From Gemmatimonadota bacterium (GTDB lineage Bacteria > Gemmatimonadota > Gemmatimonadetes > Gemmatimonadales > GWC2-71-9), in the NCBI GenBank assembly GCA_039591655.1, contig JBDHDE010000060.1, positions 1 to 14,733 on the forward strand: 14,733 nucleotides of DNA. Reading direction: 5' to 3'. Both the position numbers and the translations under genes were made by a program. Below the pieces are notes generated by a model. That model had not been told where the DNA came from. It did no database searches and saw only the letters and a program-made list of their open reading frames with translations. Shown here one piece after another: positions 1 to 7,585 of this stretch. The stretch's first letter is position 1. Each line of letters begins with the position of its first letter.

Positions 1-1
1 G

Positions 2-298
2 CAGCCCCAGCGCCCGCGCTGCGTGGGCGGCTGCAACCGCCGTGTCGTCATCCACCCCGAACACGGCATCAACCGGGTAGCGTGCGGCGAACTCTCGCAC
101 CGTGGCCGCGATGCCGCCGGGCGACCGGAAGTTCAGCGTGAGGAGCCCCTCCGCCTCCCAGTCCGAGAAGGCGCTGTCCCGCTCCGACGCCACGCTGAGC
201 TCCACACCCAGCCGTTCCGCGGCGTCGACGAATGCACCGGTCCGGTAGGTAGTGGTGGGGAGAAGGAGGAGCAGCCGGGGAGGATGGCCCTCAGGCAT
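2..298 (-). CDS. ATP-grasp domain protein, N-terminal part (continues beyond window start)
   Basis: Manual translation from ATG at 298 gives MPEGHPPRLLLLLPTTTYRTGAFVDAAERLGVELSVASERDSAFSDWEAEGLLTLNFRSPGGIAATVREFAARYPVDAVFGVDDDTAVAAAHAARALGL, open to the window edge. The 'VDAVFGVDD-TAV-AA-AA-ALGL' pattern is the pre-ATP-grasp N-domain of ATP-grasp/L-amino-acid-ligase-like proteins. It is absent from the ORF track because it has no stop in the window. Confidence 0.75.
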   Translation of the reverse strand, partial: MPEGHPPRLLLLLPTTTYRTGAFVDAAERLGVELSVASERDSAFSDWEAEGLLTLNFRSPGGIAATVREFAARYPVDAVFGVDDDTAVAAAHAARALGL

Positions 299-310
299 GG
301 CTCAGGGCGA

Positions 311-353
311 GGCCGGGCGGGCGACGGGTCTCGTCCCCGCCGCCCGCCCGGCC
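311..353 (-). terminator. 18-bp GC-rich hairpin between nfu-like gene and ATP-grasp gene
   Basis: GGCCGGGCGGGCGACGGG-(7 nt)-CCCGCCGCCCGCCCGGCC. The single mismatch is a G.U pair on the minus-strand transcript. There is no U-tract, so it may be a stabilising or attenuating stem rather than a true terminator. Confidence 0.5.
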
Positions 354-358
354 CGTAC

Positions 359-643
359 TCACTTGGACGAAGCCGAGATGTAGGGGTTCGCGCCGGCAGA
401 GTGGTCGGTGATGTCCCTGATGCCCTGAACGCCGGGGATGGAGCGCTTCAGCGCCGCCTCAATGCCCTGCCGTAGCGTCACGTTCGCCATACCGCATCCC
501 TGGCATCCACCCATCATCCGGACGACCACGATGCCCTCGTCCACATCGATCAGGTCCACCTGGCCACCATGTTGGGCGACCGCCGGGTTGATCTGCGTGC
601 GGAAGAGCACGTCCACCTGATCGAATATTTGGTCGTCATTCAT
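359..643 (-). CDS. NifU C-terminal domain / NfuA-like Fe-S cluster carrier (94 aa)
   Basis: INPAVAQHGGQVDL...MMGGCQGCGMANVTLRQGIE...DITDHSAGANPY matches the NfuA C-terminal domain with its CxxC motif. It lacks the N-terminal A-type domain of full NfuA. Confidence 0.9.
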   Translation of the reverse strand: MNDDQIFDQVDVLFRTQINPAVAQHGGQVDLIDVDEGIVVVRMMGGCQGCGMANVTLRQGIEAALKRSIPGVQGIRDITDHSAGANPYISASSK

Positions 644-673
644 GGTGTCACCCGCAGTGCAGTGCTACATAGT

Positions 674-702
674 AGCTTAGCCAGCCCGGGCCCGATCTCC
701 AA
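674..702 (-). promoter_or_regulatory. Putative sigma70 promoter for nfu-like gene
   Basis: The minus strand reads TTGGAG-N17-TAAGCT, about 30 nt upstream of the ATG at 643. Confidence 0.45.
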
Positions 703-716
703 ATGCCAACTCCTGC

Positions 717-1283
717 CTAGAGACCTCCCCCCCAAGCATGCTGCCACGCCGCGTAGAACGTGCTGTAGTCGTTGCCCACGGAGGTACTGAGGCCCGTAGT
801 GAACGCGAACTTGAGCGCGTGGCGCCCAACCGGTATCGCCAGCGTCGCGCCCACCCGGTTGTTGGACTCCGGCGTCGTCTCCTCCGCCCCATTCACGCTG
901 GTAGCCCCGCCGAAGCTCTGGCGCGTTGACGCGGCGAGCCAGAAGCCGCGCCGGAAGCGGTAGACCACGTGCGCCTGCAGCGTCAGGATCGGGGCCTGGT
1001 TCTGCGTGTTCCCGTTGGCGAAATCCGTGTTGTCGGTGAAGAACCACATGCCGCCGTACAGCTCGAGGACGAAGCGCCCGGCGCGATGTGCCACCCCCAG
1101 CCGCGGGCTAATCATCCACCGGTTCGACCCCAGGTTGATAAACCTGCTCGGATCGTACTGGCCCAGGGGAACCCGCACCCGGAGGGCCACACCCGCAACA
1201 GTCTTCGCCTCGTACCGCGCGAACTCGGCGCCCGAGATAGCCGGTGCACCAGCAAAGAAGAGCGCGCCGCGCACGAGGTGCAT
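717..1283 (-). pseudogene. 5'-truncated 'transporter' / putative MetA-pathway of phenol degradation outer-membrane beta-barrel protein
   Basis: GAPAISGAEFARY...VPLGQYDPSRFINLGSNRW...PRLG...LQAHVVYRFRRGFWLA...WQHAWGGGL is typical of the C-terminal two thirds of this family. There is no signal peptide, an in-frame TGA lies at 1359-1361, and the divergent gene starts at 1437, leaving no room for the usual N-terminal part. Confidence 0.6.
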
Positions 1284-1436
1284 CTCACCCAGTGGATGCT
1301 CGCGTCTTGCATCGCCGCGGCATCCGGTTTGCTTATGTACGGCCAGACCTTCTGGACATCACGCGCGCCGCGTGGCAGCCCAAAGGGGAACGCGACCGTC
1401 CAGCATCGCCGCGTCGCTCAATCGGAGGACTGAAAC

Positions 1437-4400
1437 GTGACAACCCGGATACTCACAGCGTGCCTCGCCCTCAGCCTCGCAGGGTCGAGCGTCGCCACCG
1501 CCCAGATCGACCCGTCCCTCTTCGAGGGCATGGCGGCCCGTTCCATCGGCCCCGCCGGCATGAGCGGCCGGATCGGCGCAATCGACGCTGTGAATACGAA
1601 CCCCAACATCATCTACGTCGGGGCCGCCACGGGGGGGCTGTGGAAGTCGGTGGACGGTGGCGTGACCTGGACCCCCTTGCTGGACGAGCACCCCGCCTCG
1701 TCCGTCGGCGCCGTCGCCGTCTTCCAGCCGGCCCCAGACATCGTATGGGTCGGCACGGGCGAGAAGGGCCGACGCAACAGCTCCGGCGTCGGTACCGGTG
1801 TGTACAGGTCGCTGGATGCCGGGAAGACCTGGGAGCACATGGGGCTGGAGCACACCGGTGCGATCTCGGAAGTCATCCTGCACCCCAGCGATCCCGAGGT
1901 GGCCTACGTCGCGGCCCTCGGGAGCACCTGGAGCGAGAGCGAGGACCGCGGCGTATACAAGACGACCGACGGCGGGAGAACCTGGGTCAAGATCCTCTAC
2001 GCTAACGAGCGGACTGGCGTCGCCGACCTCGTGATGGACCCCGTGAACCCCAACAAACTGCTCGCCGCCATGTGGGAGCACCGCCGCTGGCCGTGGTTCT
2101 TCGAGTCCGGCGGGCCGGGGAGCGGCTTGTACGTCACCTGGGACGGGGGCACGAACTGGAAGCAGCTTACTGAGGAAGACGGACTCCCTGGGGGCGACCT
2201 CGGCCGGATCGGCCTCGCCATCGCACGCAGCGACCCCAAAGTGGTGTACGCCCTGGTGGAGGCCGATAGCTCCGAGCTCATTCGCTCGGCTGACGGCGGC
2301 CACAAGTGGGAGACTGTGAACAAGGAACGCGGGATCGCCAACCGGCCGTTCTACTACGCCCAGCTCAGGGTCGACCCGGAGAACGAGAACCGGGTGTACA
2401 ACGTGGCCGGCGTGGTGGACGTGAGCATCGACGGGGGTAAGTCGTTCGAGACGCTGTTGCCGTTCCGGGAGGTCCATGTAGATCACCACGCGTTCTGGAT
2501 CAACCCGCTGGACGGCCGCATGATCATCGACGGCAACGACGGCGGCGTGTACATATCCCGCGATCGCGGCACCGAGTGGCGTTTCGTCCACAACCTTCCG
2601 CTGGCGCAGTTCTATCACGTCAACGTGGACATGGAGACCCCGTTCAACGTCTACGGCGGCCTCCAGGACAACGGCTCGTGGGAGGGACCGAGCCGCGTGT
2701 GGGAGAACGGCGGTATCCGGTTCTACCACTGGAAGGAGGTGGGCTTCGGAGACGGGTTCGCCACCGTCATCGACCCCAACGACCCGCGCTACGGCTACGG
2801 CATGTCACAGGGCGGCTATCTGTTCCGGTTCGATCGGCTGACCGGAGAGCGCAAGACGGTGCGACCGGCGCACCCCGAGGGCGTGCGGCTACGGTTCAAC
2901 TGGAACGCGGGCATCGCCGTCGACCCGTTCGATGGAGCGGTGTACTATGGGAGCCAGTTCGTACACAAGAGCGCGGACATGGGGCACAGCTGGACCATCA
3001 TCAGCCCCGACCTCACCACAGACGACCCAGAGAAGCAGCGGCAACTCGAGAGCGGCGGGCTCACCTACGACGTCACGGGCGCCGAGAACCACACCACGAT
3101 CCTCACGATCGCGCCGAGCCCGGTGGAACAGGACGTCATCTGGGTCGGCACCGATGATGGGAACGTGCAGCTCACGCGAGACGGCGGCGCGACCTGGGCC
3201 AACGTTGTCGACCGGATCCGCGGTGCGCCCGACAACACCTGGGTGCCTCACATCGAGCCGTCCAAATTCGACGGCGGCACCGTCTTCGTGGTGTTCGACG
3301 ACCACCGCCGCGGGAACAACCGGCCGTACGTCTACGAGACCACGGACTATGGCCGCTCGTGGACCAGCCTGGTCACAGAAGACATCGAGGACTTCAACTT
3401 CGTGCACGTGATCGAGCAGGATCCGGTCGATCCCGACCTGCTCTACCTCGGCACCGAGTACGGGATGTACGTGTCACTGAACGGCGGCCAAGACTGGTTC
3501 CGCTGGGACCACGGCCTGGGCCGGTTTCCGCACCGGGCCCTCGTGGTGCACCCCCGGGATCACGATCTCGTGATCGGGACGCACGGACGCGCGGCCTACA
3601 TCCTGGATGACGTCCGGCCCCTCCGGGCCATCGCTGCCGACCCGTCGATCATGGAAGGGCCGCTTCACCTCTTCGAGATCCCCTCGACGACTCAGTACCG
3701 AGTGGCACAGGTGCCGGGCATCCGATTCACCGGCGATGCCATGTTCATCGGCGAGAATCGGCCGTACGGGGCGCTGCTCACCTACCACGTCGGGGGCGGC
3801 GAGGATGAGCGTGCGGCGGAGGGCAGCGGCGAGGACAGACCTGCGGCTCAGGGCGAAGGGGACGATGGCGATGCGAAGACGATCATCGAGGTCGTGGACG
3901 CGGGCGGCGAGGTGATCCGCCGGTTCGAGGGGCCCGCGGAGCCCGGGATCAACCGGAGGGAGTGGGACCTGCGCCGGGACGGGTACCGCCGCCCGCAGAG
4001 CGGCGAAGAGGCCAGCGAGTTCCTTCCTTCCGGTCCACACGTCCTCCCGGGCACCTACACCGTCCGAGTGCTGCACGCCGAGGAGGAAGCGACGGCAACG
4101 GTAGAAGTGCTGAGCGATCCGCGCTACGACATCCCGCCGTCCCAGCGCCAGGACAAGCTCGACCTCCAGCTCCACGCGCAGCAGCGGCTCGAGGTCGTGA
4201 CCGAGGCCATCGAGCGTATCCGAGATGCGACGGAATCGGTCGACAAAGTCCTGGACCACGTCAAGTCGAATGACGACAGCGTGTCGCAGGCCCTGAGGGA
4301 GTCGGGGAAGGAGCTCAAGGAGACGCTGGCCGGGCTCGATGAGCGGTTCACGGGCGGTACCGAAGTTCAGGGCATCCGGCGCAATCCCGACGCCGCCCAG

Positions 4401-4637
4401 CGTATGCTCAGTTCAGCGTACTTCGCCCTCGGCTCCTCGTGGGACGCCCCCACCGAGGCACAGCGCATCTACCTCGAGCAGGCAGAGGCGAGGCTCGCGG
4501 AAGTACTGGAAGAAGTGAATCAGGTGTTCGCCGAGGACGTCCCTGCCTTCCGGCAGCAGGTGGGACAAGCGCGGCTCGAGCTCTTTCCGGAGGAGGAGCC
4601 GCTCATGCTCGATTGGGTGAGGTCCGGAGAGCCATAG
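1437..4637 (+). CDS. Secreted VPS10/sortilin-like BNR (Asp-box) repeat beta-propeller protein, putative glycosyl hydrolase (1066 aa)
   Basis: GTG start with a GGAGG SD. The signal peptide ends ...ATA-Q, followed by RSIGPAGMSGRI. Asp-boxes include SVDGGVTW, SLDAGKTW, TTDGGRTW, SADGGHKW, SRDRGTEW, TRDGGATW, TTDYGRSW and SLNGGQDW. A FlgD-like Ig segment (GINRREWDLR...PGTYTVRV) and a helical C-terminus follow. Confidence 0.88.
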   Translation: MTTRILTACLALSLAGSSVATAQIDPSLFEGMAARSIGPAGMSGRIGAIDAVNTNPNIIYVGAATGGLWKSVDGGVTWTPLLDEHPASSVGAVAVFQPAPDIVWVGTGEKGRRNSSGVGTGVYRSLDAGKTWEHMGLEHTGAISEVILHPSDPEVAYVAALGSTWSESEDRGVYKTTDGGRTWVKILYANERTGVADLVMDPVNPNKLLAAMWEHRRWPWFFESGGPGSGLYVTWDGGTNWKQLTEEDGLPGGDLGRIGLAIARSDPKVVYALVEADSSELIRSADGGHKWETVNKERGIANRPFYYAQLRVDPENENRVYNVAGVVDVSIDGGKSFETLLPFREVHVDHHAFWINPLDGRMIIDGNDGGVYISRDRGTEWRFVHNLPLAQFYHVNVDMETPFNVYGGLQDNGSWEGPSRVWENGGIRFYHWKEVGFGDGFATVIDPNDPRYGYGMSQGGYLFRFDRLTGERKTVRPAHPEGVRLRFNWNAGIAVDPFDGAVYYGSQFVHKSADMGHSWTIISPDLTTDDPEKQRQLESGGLTYDVTGAENHTTILTIAPSPVEQDVIWVGTDDGNVQLTRDGGATWANVVDRIRGAPDNTWVPHIEPSKFDGGTVFVVFDDHRRGNNRPYVYETTDYGRSWTSLVTEDIEDFNFVHVIEQDPVDPDLLYLGTEYGMYVSLNGGQDWFRWDHGLGRFPHRALVVHPRDHDLVIGTHGRAAYILDDVRPLRAIAADPSIMEGPLHLFEIPSTTQYRVAQVPGIRFTGDAMFIGENRPYGALLTYHVGGGEDERAAEGSGEDRPAAQGEGDDGDAKTIIEVVDAGGEVIRRFEGPAEPGINRREWDLRRDGYRRPQSGEEASEFLPSGPHVLPGTYTVRVLHAEEEATATVEVLSDPRYDIPPSQRQDKLDLQLHAQQRLEVVTEAIERIRDATESVDKVLDHVKSNDDSVSQALRESGKELKETLAGLDERFTGGTEVQGIRRNPDAAQRMLSSAYFALGSSWDAPTEAQRIYLEQAEARLAEVLEEVNQVFAEDVPAFRQQVGQARLELFPEEEPLMLDWVRSGEP

Positions 4638-4643
4638 CCGGCG

Positions 4644-4898
4644 CTACGTGTAGCTCGACAGTCGTCCGATCAGGTCGGTAACGCGGCGGCGGTATGCCTC
4701 GTACTCGTCGTCCGTCACGCCGTGGATGCCGCCGCGCTCCGGCTCGTGCTCGAGCAGGTGGATCAACTCCACGACCTCGGGGTCGGCAAGCTCCCCGAGT
4801 GCCTCGACGAAGTCCTCGCGCGCCACCCGGCCCTCGTAGAGTGAGCGCGTGAGAGCGGCGACCTGCCGACGCTCCTGCTGCGAGAGCTCGTGCGTCAT
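4644..4898 (-). CDS. Small acidic alpha-helical hypothetical protein (84 aa)
   Basis: The ATG at 4898 overlaps the egtD TGA (ATGA), indicating translational coupling. Codon usage is GC3-rich. The protein begins MTHELSQQERRQVAALTRSLYEG. Confidence 0.7.
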   Translation of the reverse strand: MTHELSQQERRQVAALTRSLYEGRVAREDFVEALGELADPEVVELIHLLEHEPERGGIHGVTDDEYEAYRRRVTDLIGRLSSYT

Positions 4899-5884
4899 AC
4901 CGTATCGGCGGCGCACCGTCGCCCCTTCTGCAGCAGCAACACCGCGAACCAGTCCCTGTCGTCCGTGTAGACCGCCCGCGTAGCGAGGTCGAAGGCGTCC
5001 AAATAGGTCGCGAGATCGTCCAGCACGAACTTGCGACTGATCTCGATCATCACCTGCTCGCCGGCCGAGATCGCCACCGTTCGACCCAGCGGGCCGATCC
5101 GAACGGTCTGCGCCGCATCGAAGCGGGTGAAGATCTCCATCCGCTGCCAGTCGGGGTTGTACCGCGCCAGGTGCCCAAGCTGGCTCACATCCACACCGGC
5201 GTCCAGCTCGCGATTCATCCGCGCGAACAGATTGGTGGTGAACTCCGCCGTGACCCCGGCGCTGTCGTTGTAAGCCGCGTTGAGAACCTCGGGGTCCTTG
5301 ACGAGGTCGACCCCCAGGAGGAAGTAGTCGCCCGGTGCCAGATCGCGCGCCACCCGCCGCCAGAACGCCAGAGATTCGCCGTTGTTGAAGTTCCCGATGG
5401 TGGATCCTAGGAAGAGCACCATGGCGGGCGAGTAGCGGTGAAGGAGTGGGAACGCTTCCTCGTACCGTCCCGTGATGCTATCCAGCTCCACCGTGGGATG
5501 CTCGCGCTCGATGCGCTGCCGCGCGCCCTCGAGCGCCGACTTGCTCACGTCCACGGGCACGTATCGTACCCCGTCGCCGGCAGCGGCGTAGGCCGATAAG
5601 AGCAGGCTCGTCTTGATCGAGCTTCCCGAGCCGAGCTCGATCAGCGTGACCGGCCCGGTCAGGTCGCGAATGTCGCGGGCATGCCGCTCCAGGATTCCCG
5701 CTTCGGTGCGGGTCGGGTAGTACTCCGGCTGCCGGGAGATCGCCTCGAACAGCTCGCTCCCGCGGGCGTCGTACAGGTACTGGCACGGCAGCCAACGGGG
5801 CGTGTCGGAGAGACCTCGGAGTGCGGCCCTGGCGAACTCCAGCACGGCATCCGAGTAGCGGCCGGACGTCGCGACGTGATGCAA
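4895..5884 (-). CDS. egtD: EgtD-family L-histidine N(alpha)-methyltransferase (Methyltransf_33)
   Basis: Motifs LPCQYLYDARGSELFEAI, PEYYPTRTE, LIELGSGSSIKT, FLGSTIGNF, LLGVDLVKD..VLNAAYNDSAGVTAEF and EISRKF. The start is uncertain: TTG at 5884 or ATC at 5929. The ORF-track start at 6085 lies upstream of the predicted promoter. Confidence 0.9.
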   Translation of the reverse strand: MHHVATSGRYSDAVLEFARAALRGLSDTPRWLPCQYLYDARGSELFEAISRQPEYYPTRTEAGILERHARDIRDLTGPVTLIELGSGSSIKTSLLLSAYAAAGDGVRYVPVDVSKSALEGARQRIEREHPTVELDSITGRYEEAFPLLHRYSPAMVLFLGSTIGNFNNGESLAFWRRVARDLAPGDYFLLGVDLVKDPEVLNAAYNDSAGVTAEFTTNLFARMNRELDAGVDVSQLGHLARYNPDWQRMEIFTRFDAAQTVRIGPLGRTVAISAGEQVMIEISRKFVLDDLATYLDAFDLATRAVYTDDRDWFAVLLLQKGRRCAADTV

Positions 5885-5990
5885 TCGGGCATGCTCGCCG
5901 GACGATCTGCGTGACGTGGGTGTTGTGATGAGACACCTCTGAGAGCGGGAGGGGGATCGGGTGTGCCGTCGGGCTTTCTGCGAGTGTCTC

Positions 5991-6019
5991 AACCTATCCC
6001 ACTCAAGGGTGCGTCGCAA
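5991..6019 (-). promoter_or_regulatory. Putative sigma70 promoter for egtD
   Basis: The minus strand reads TTGCGA-N17-TAGGTT, followed about 50 nt later by the SD-like AGAGGTG (5934-5940). Confidence 0.5.
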
Positions 6020-6168
6020 CACGCGGCCCCGGCCATCCGGCTTCCGAACCAGCGTGACGGTGGTTACTGTGCACGCACCGCTCACCGTTCATCTTCGCAA
6101 CGAGACGCGGCCCGCCGACGTCTCAGGAGCGGCAATCCCAAATGCAGGCCCCGGGTTGAGAGGCGCAC

Positions 6169-7479
6169 ATGCTGCCACGGTCATTGCGACTGACCCTCAC
6201 GATATCGGCGTGCCTCGTATGCGTCCAGCTCGCACGAGCGCAAGAGCCGGCGGCTCCGGTTGGCGGCACGATCGGTGTGTTCCTGGACTGCCACGCCCCT
6301 TATTGCGACTTCGACCACTTCCGCCGCGAGATCACCTTCGTCAATTGGATGCGGGACCGACGGGACGCGGACGTGCATGTGCTCATCACGTTCCAGAGCA
6401 CCGGCGGCGGCGGCTTCGCGTACACCCTTGCATTCATCGGGCTACGCGAGTACGAGGGCAAGCAGGACACGCTGTTCTACGTCTCCGACGCCGACGACAC
6501 CGAGGCGGAGGTGCGGGACGGTCTCACACAGACCCTGACGCTGGGTCTCGTGTCGTACGCCGCTAAAACTCCCGTCGCGCAGCAGATCGAGATCAGGTAC
6601 GAGGCTGCCGCGGTGGCGCTGGTCACGACGGACACCGTGCACGATCCGTGGAATTACTGGGTGTTCCGGCTCGGCGTGGGCGGGGGAGCCGCGCTGGAGA
6701 GCCAGCAGCGGGAGTGGGCGGGCAACGCCTCGTTCCGGGCCAACCGAACGACCGAATCCCTCAAACTCACCCTCCGATCGCACTGGCGAGGCAGCCGTGA
6801 GGAGTTCGACTTCACCGACAGCACCACCGTCAACGACAGCATTATCGTCAACGACAGCACGATCGTAGGTGTTCGCACGTTCTGGAGCGTGGATCTCCTC
6901 AGCGTGTGGAGCCTCTCGGATCACTGGTCGGCCGGGGCCATGGCGGAGATCGAGCACAGCAGCACGCGGAACACCGAACTCGGTATCGCGGTGGGACCGT
7001 CGCTGGAGTACAACATCTACCCGTGGCGTGAATCCACCCGCCGGCAGCTCACGTTTCTGTACACGATCGGCGTGGGCGCGTTCGACTGGCAGGAGGAGAC
7101 GATATTCGGGCGGACCTCGGAGGTGCACCCGCTCCACCTGCTGGAGATCGGTACCGAGATCCAGCAGCCGTGGGGATCGGTGGACGCGGAGTTGGAGGCG
7201 TTCCAGTACCTGCACGACCTGGAGCTGCACAGCGTCGAGCTGGGCGGTGGCCTCAATATCCGCATCTTCCGGGGCCTGGAGTTCGGCCTACACGGGAGCG
7301 TCGCCCGCGTGAAGGACCAGATATACCTCCCAGTGGAGGAGGCCACTGCCGAGGAGATCCTCCTGCGGCAGCAGCAGCGCGGCACGGAGTTCTTTTTCTT
7401 CCTGGATCTGAACCTGAGCTACCGGTTCGGCTCCAAGTTCAACAACGTGGTGAACCCGCGCATGCGGGGCGGGTTCTAA
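6169..7479 (+). CDS. Uncharacterised outer-membrane beta-barrel protein with periplasmic N-domain (436 aa)
   Basis: GAGAGG SD and a signal peptide ending ARA-Q. The N-domain reads VFLDCHAPYCDFDHFRREITFVNWMRDRRDADVHVLIT. After DPWNYWVF come alternating amphipathic strands, ending in YRFGSKFNNVVNPR, a family I recognise from Bacteroidota/Gemmatimonadota. Confidence 0.8.
   Translation: MLPRSLRLTLTISACLVCVQLARAQEPAAPVGGTIGVFLDCHAPYCDFDHFRREITFVNWMRDRRDADVHVLITFQSTGGGGFAYTLAFIGLREYEGKQDTLFYVSDADDTEAEVRDGLTQTLTLGLVSYAAKTPVAQQIEIRYEAAAVALVTTDTVHDPWNYWVFRLGVGGGAALESQQREWAGNASFRANRTTESLKLTLRSHWRGSREEFDFTDSTTVNDSIIVNDSTIVGVRTFWSVDLLSVWSLSDHWSAGAMAEIEHSSTRNTELGIAVGPSLEYNIYPWRESTRRQLTFLYTIGVGAFDWQEETIFGRTSEVHPLHLLEIGTEIQQPWGSVDAELEAFQYLHDLELHSVELGGGLNIRIFRGLEFGLHGSVARVKDQIYLPVEEATAEEILLRQQQRGTEFFFFLDLNLSYRFGSKFNNVVNPRMRGGF
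6816..6866 (+). repeat. 3 x 18-bp in-frame tandem repeat (DSTTVN-DSIIVN-DSTIV)
   Basis: cgacagcaccaccgtcaa / cgacagcattatcgtcaa / cgacagcacgatcgt. Confidence 0.8.
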
Positions 7480-7522
7480 CCAGGGCTTCGCCCGCAGACG
7501 CGGCGGCGGCCAACAGCAGAAG

Positions 7523-7550
7523 CGGGCGGCCGCCATCCGGCGACCGCCCG
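7523..7550 (-). terminator. Hairpin between convergent genes, probable intrinsic terminator
   Basis: CGGGCGGCCGCC-ATCC-GGCGACCGCCCG forms a 12-bp stem with one G.U pair on the minus strand, followed by CTTCTGCTGTT. Confidence 0.55.
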
Positions 7551-7585
7551 TCACGCTTGAGAAGGGCGAGCGGGTCGCTGCGCGC

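Noticed and set aside
23..475. 150-aa + strand ORF
   Set aside because: It is antisense to the better-supported ATP-grasp and Nfu genes.
1359..2729. 456-aa antisense ORF, and similar ones at 3474-4259, 6442-7230 and 11263-12261
   Set aside because: These are shadow ORFs on the reverse strand of well-supported genes, expected in high-GC DNA, and show no recognisable motifs.
5930..6168. SAM-type riboswitch upstream of egtD
   Set aside because: I could not recognise any SAM-I, SAM-II or SAH consensus. The GAGTG/CACTC stem overlaps the predicted promoter, and the leader would be only about 55 nt.
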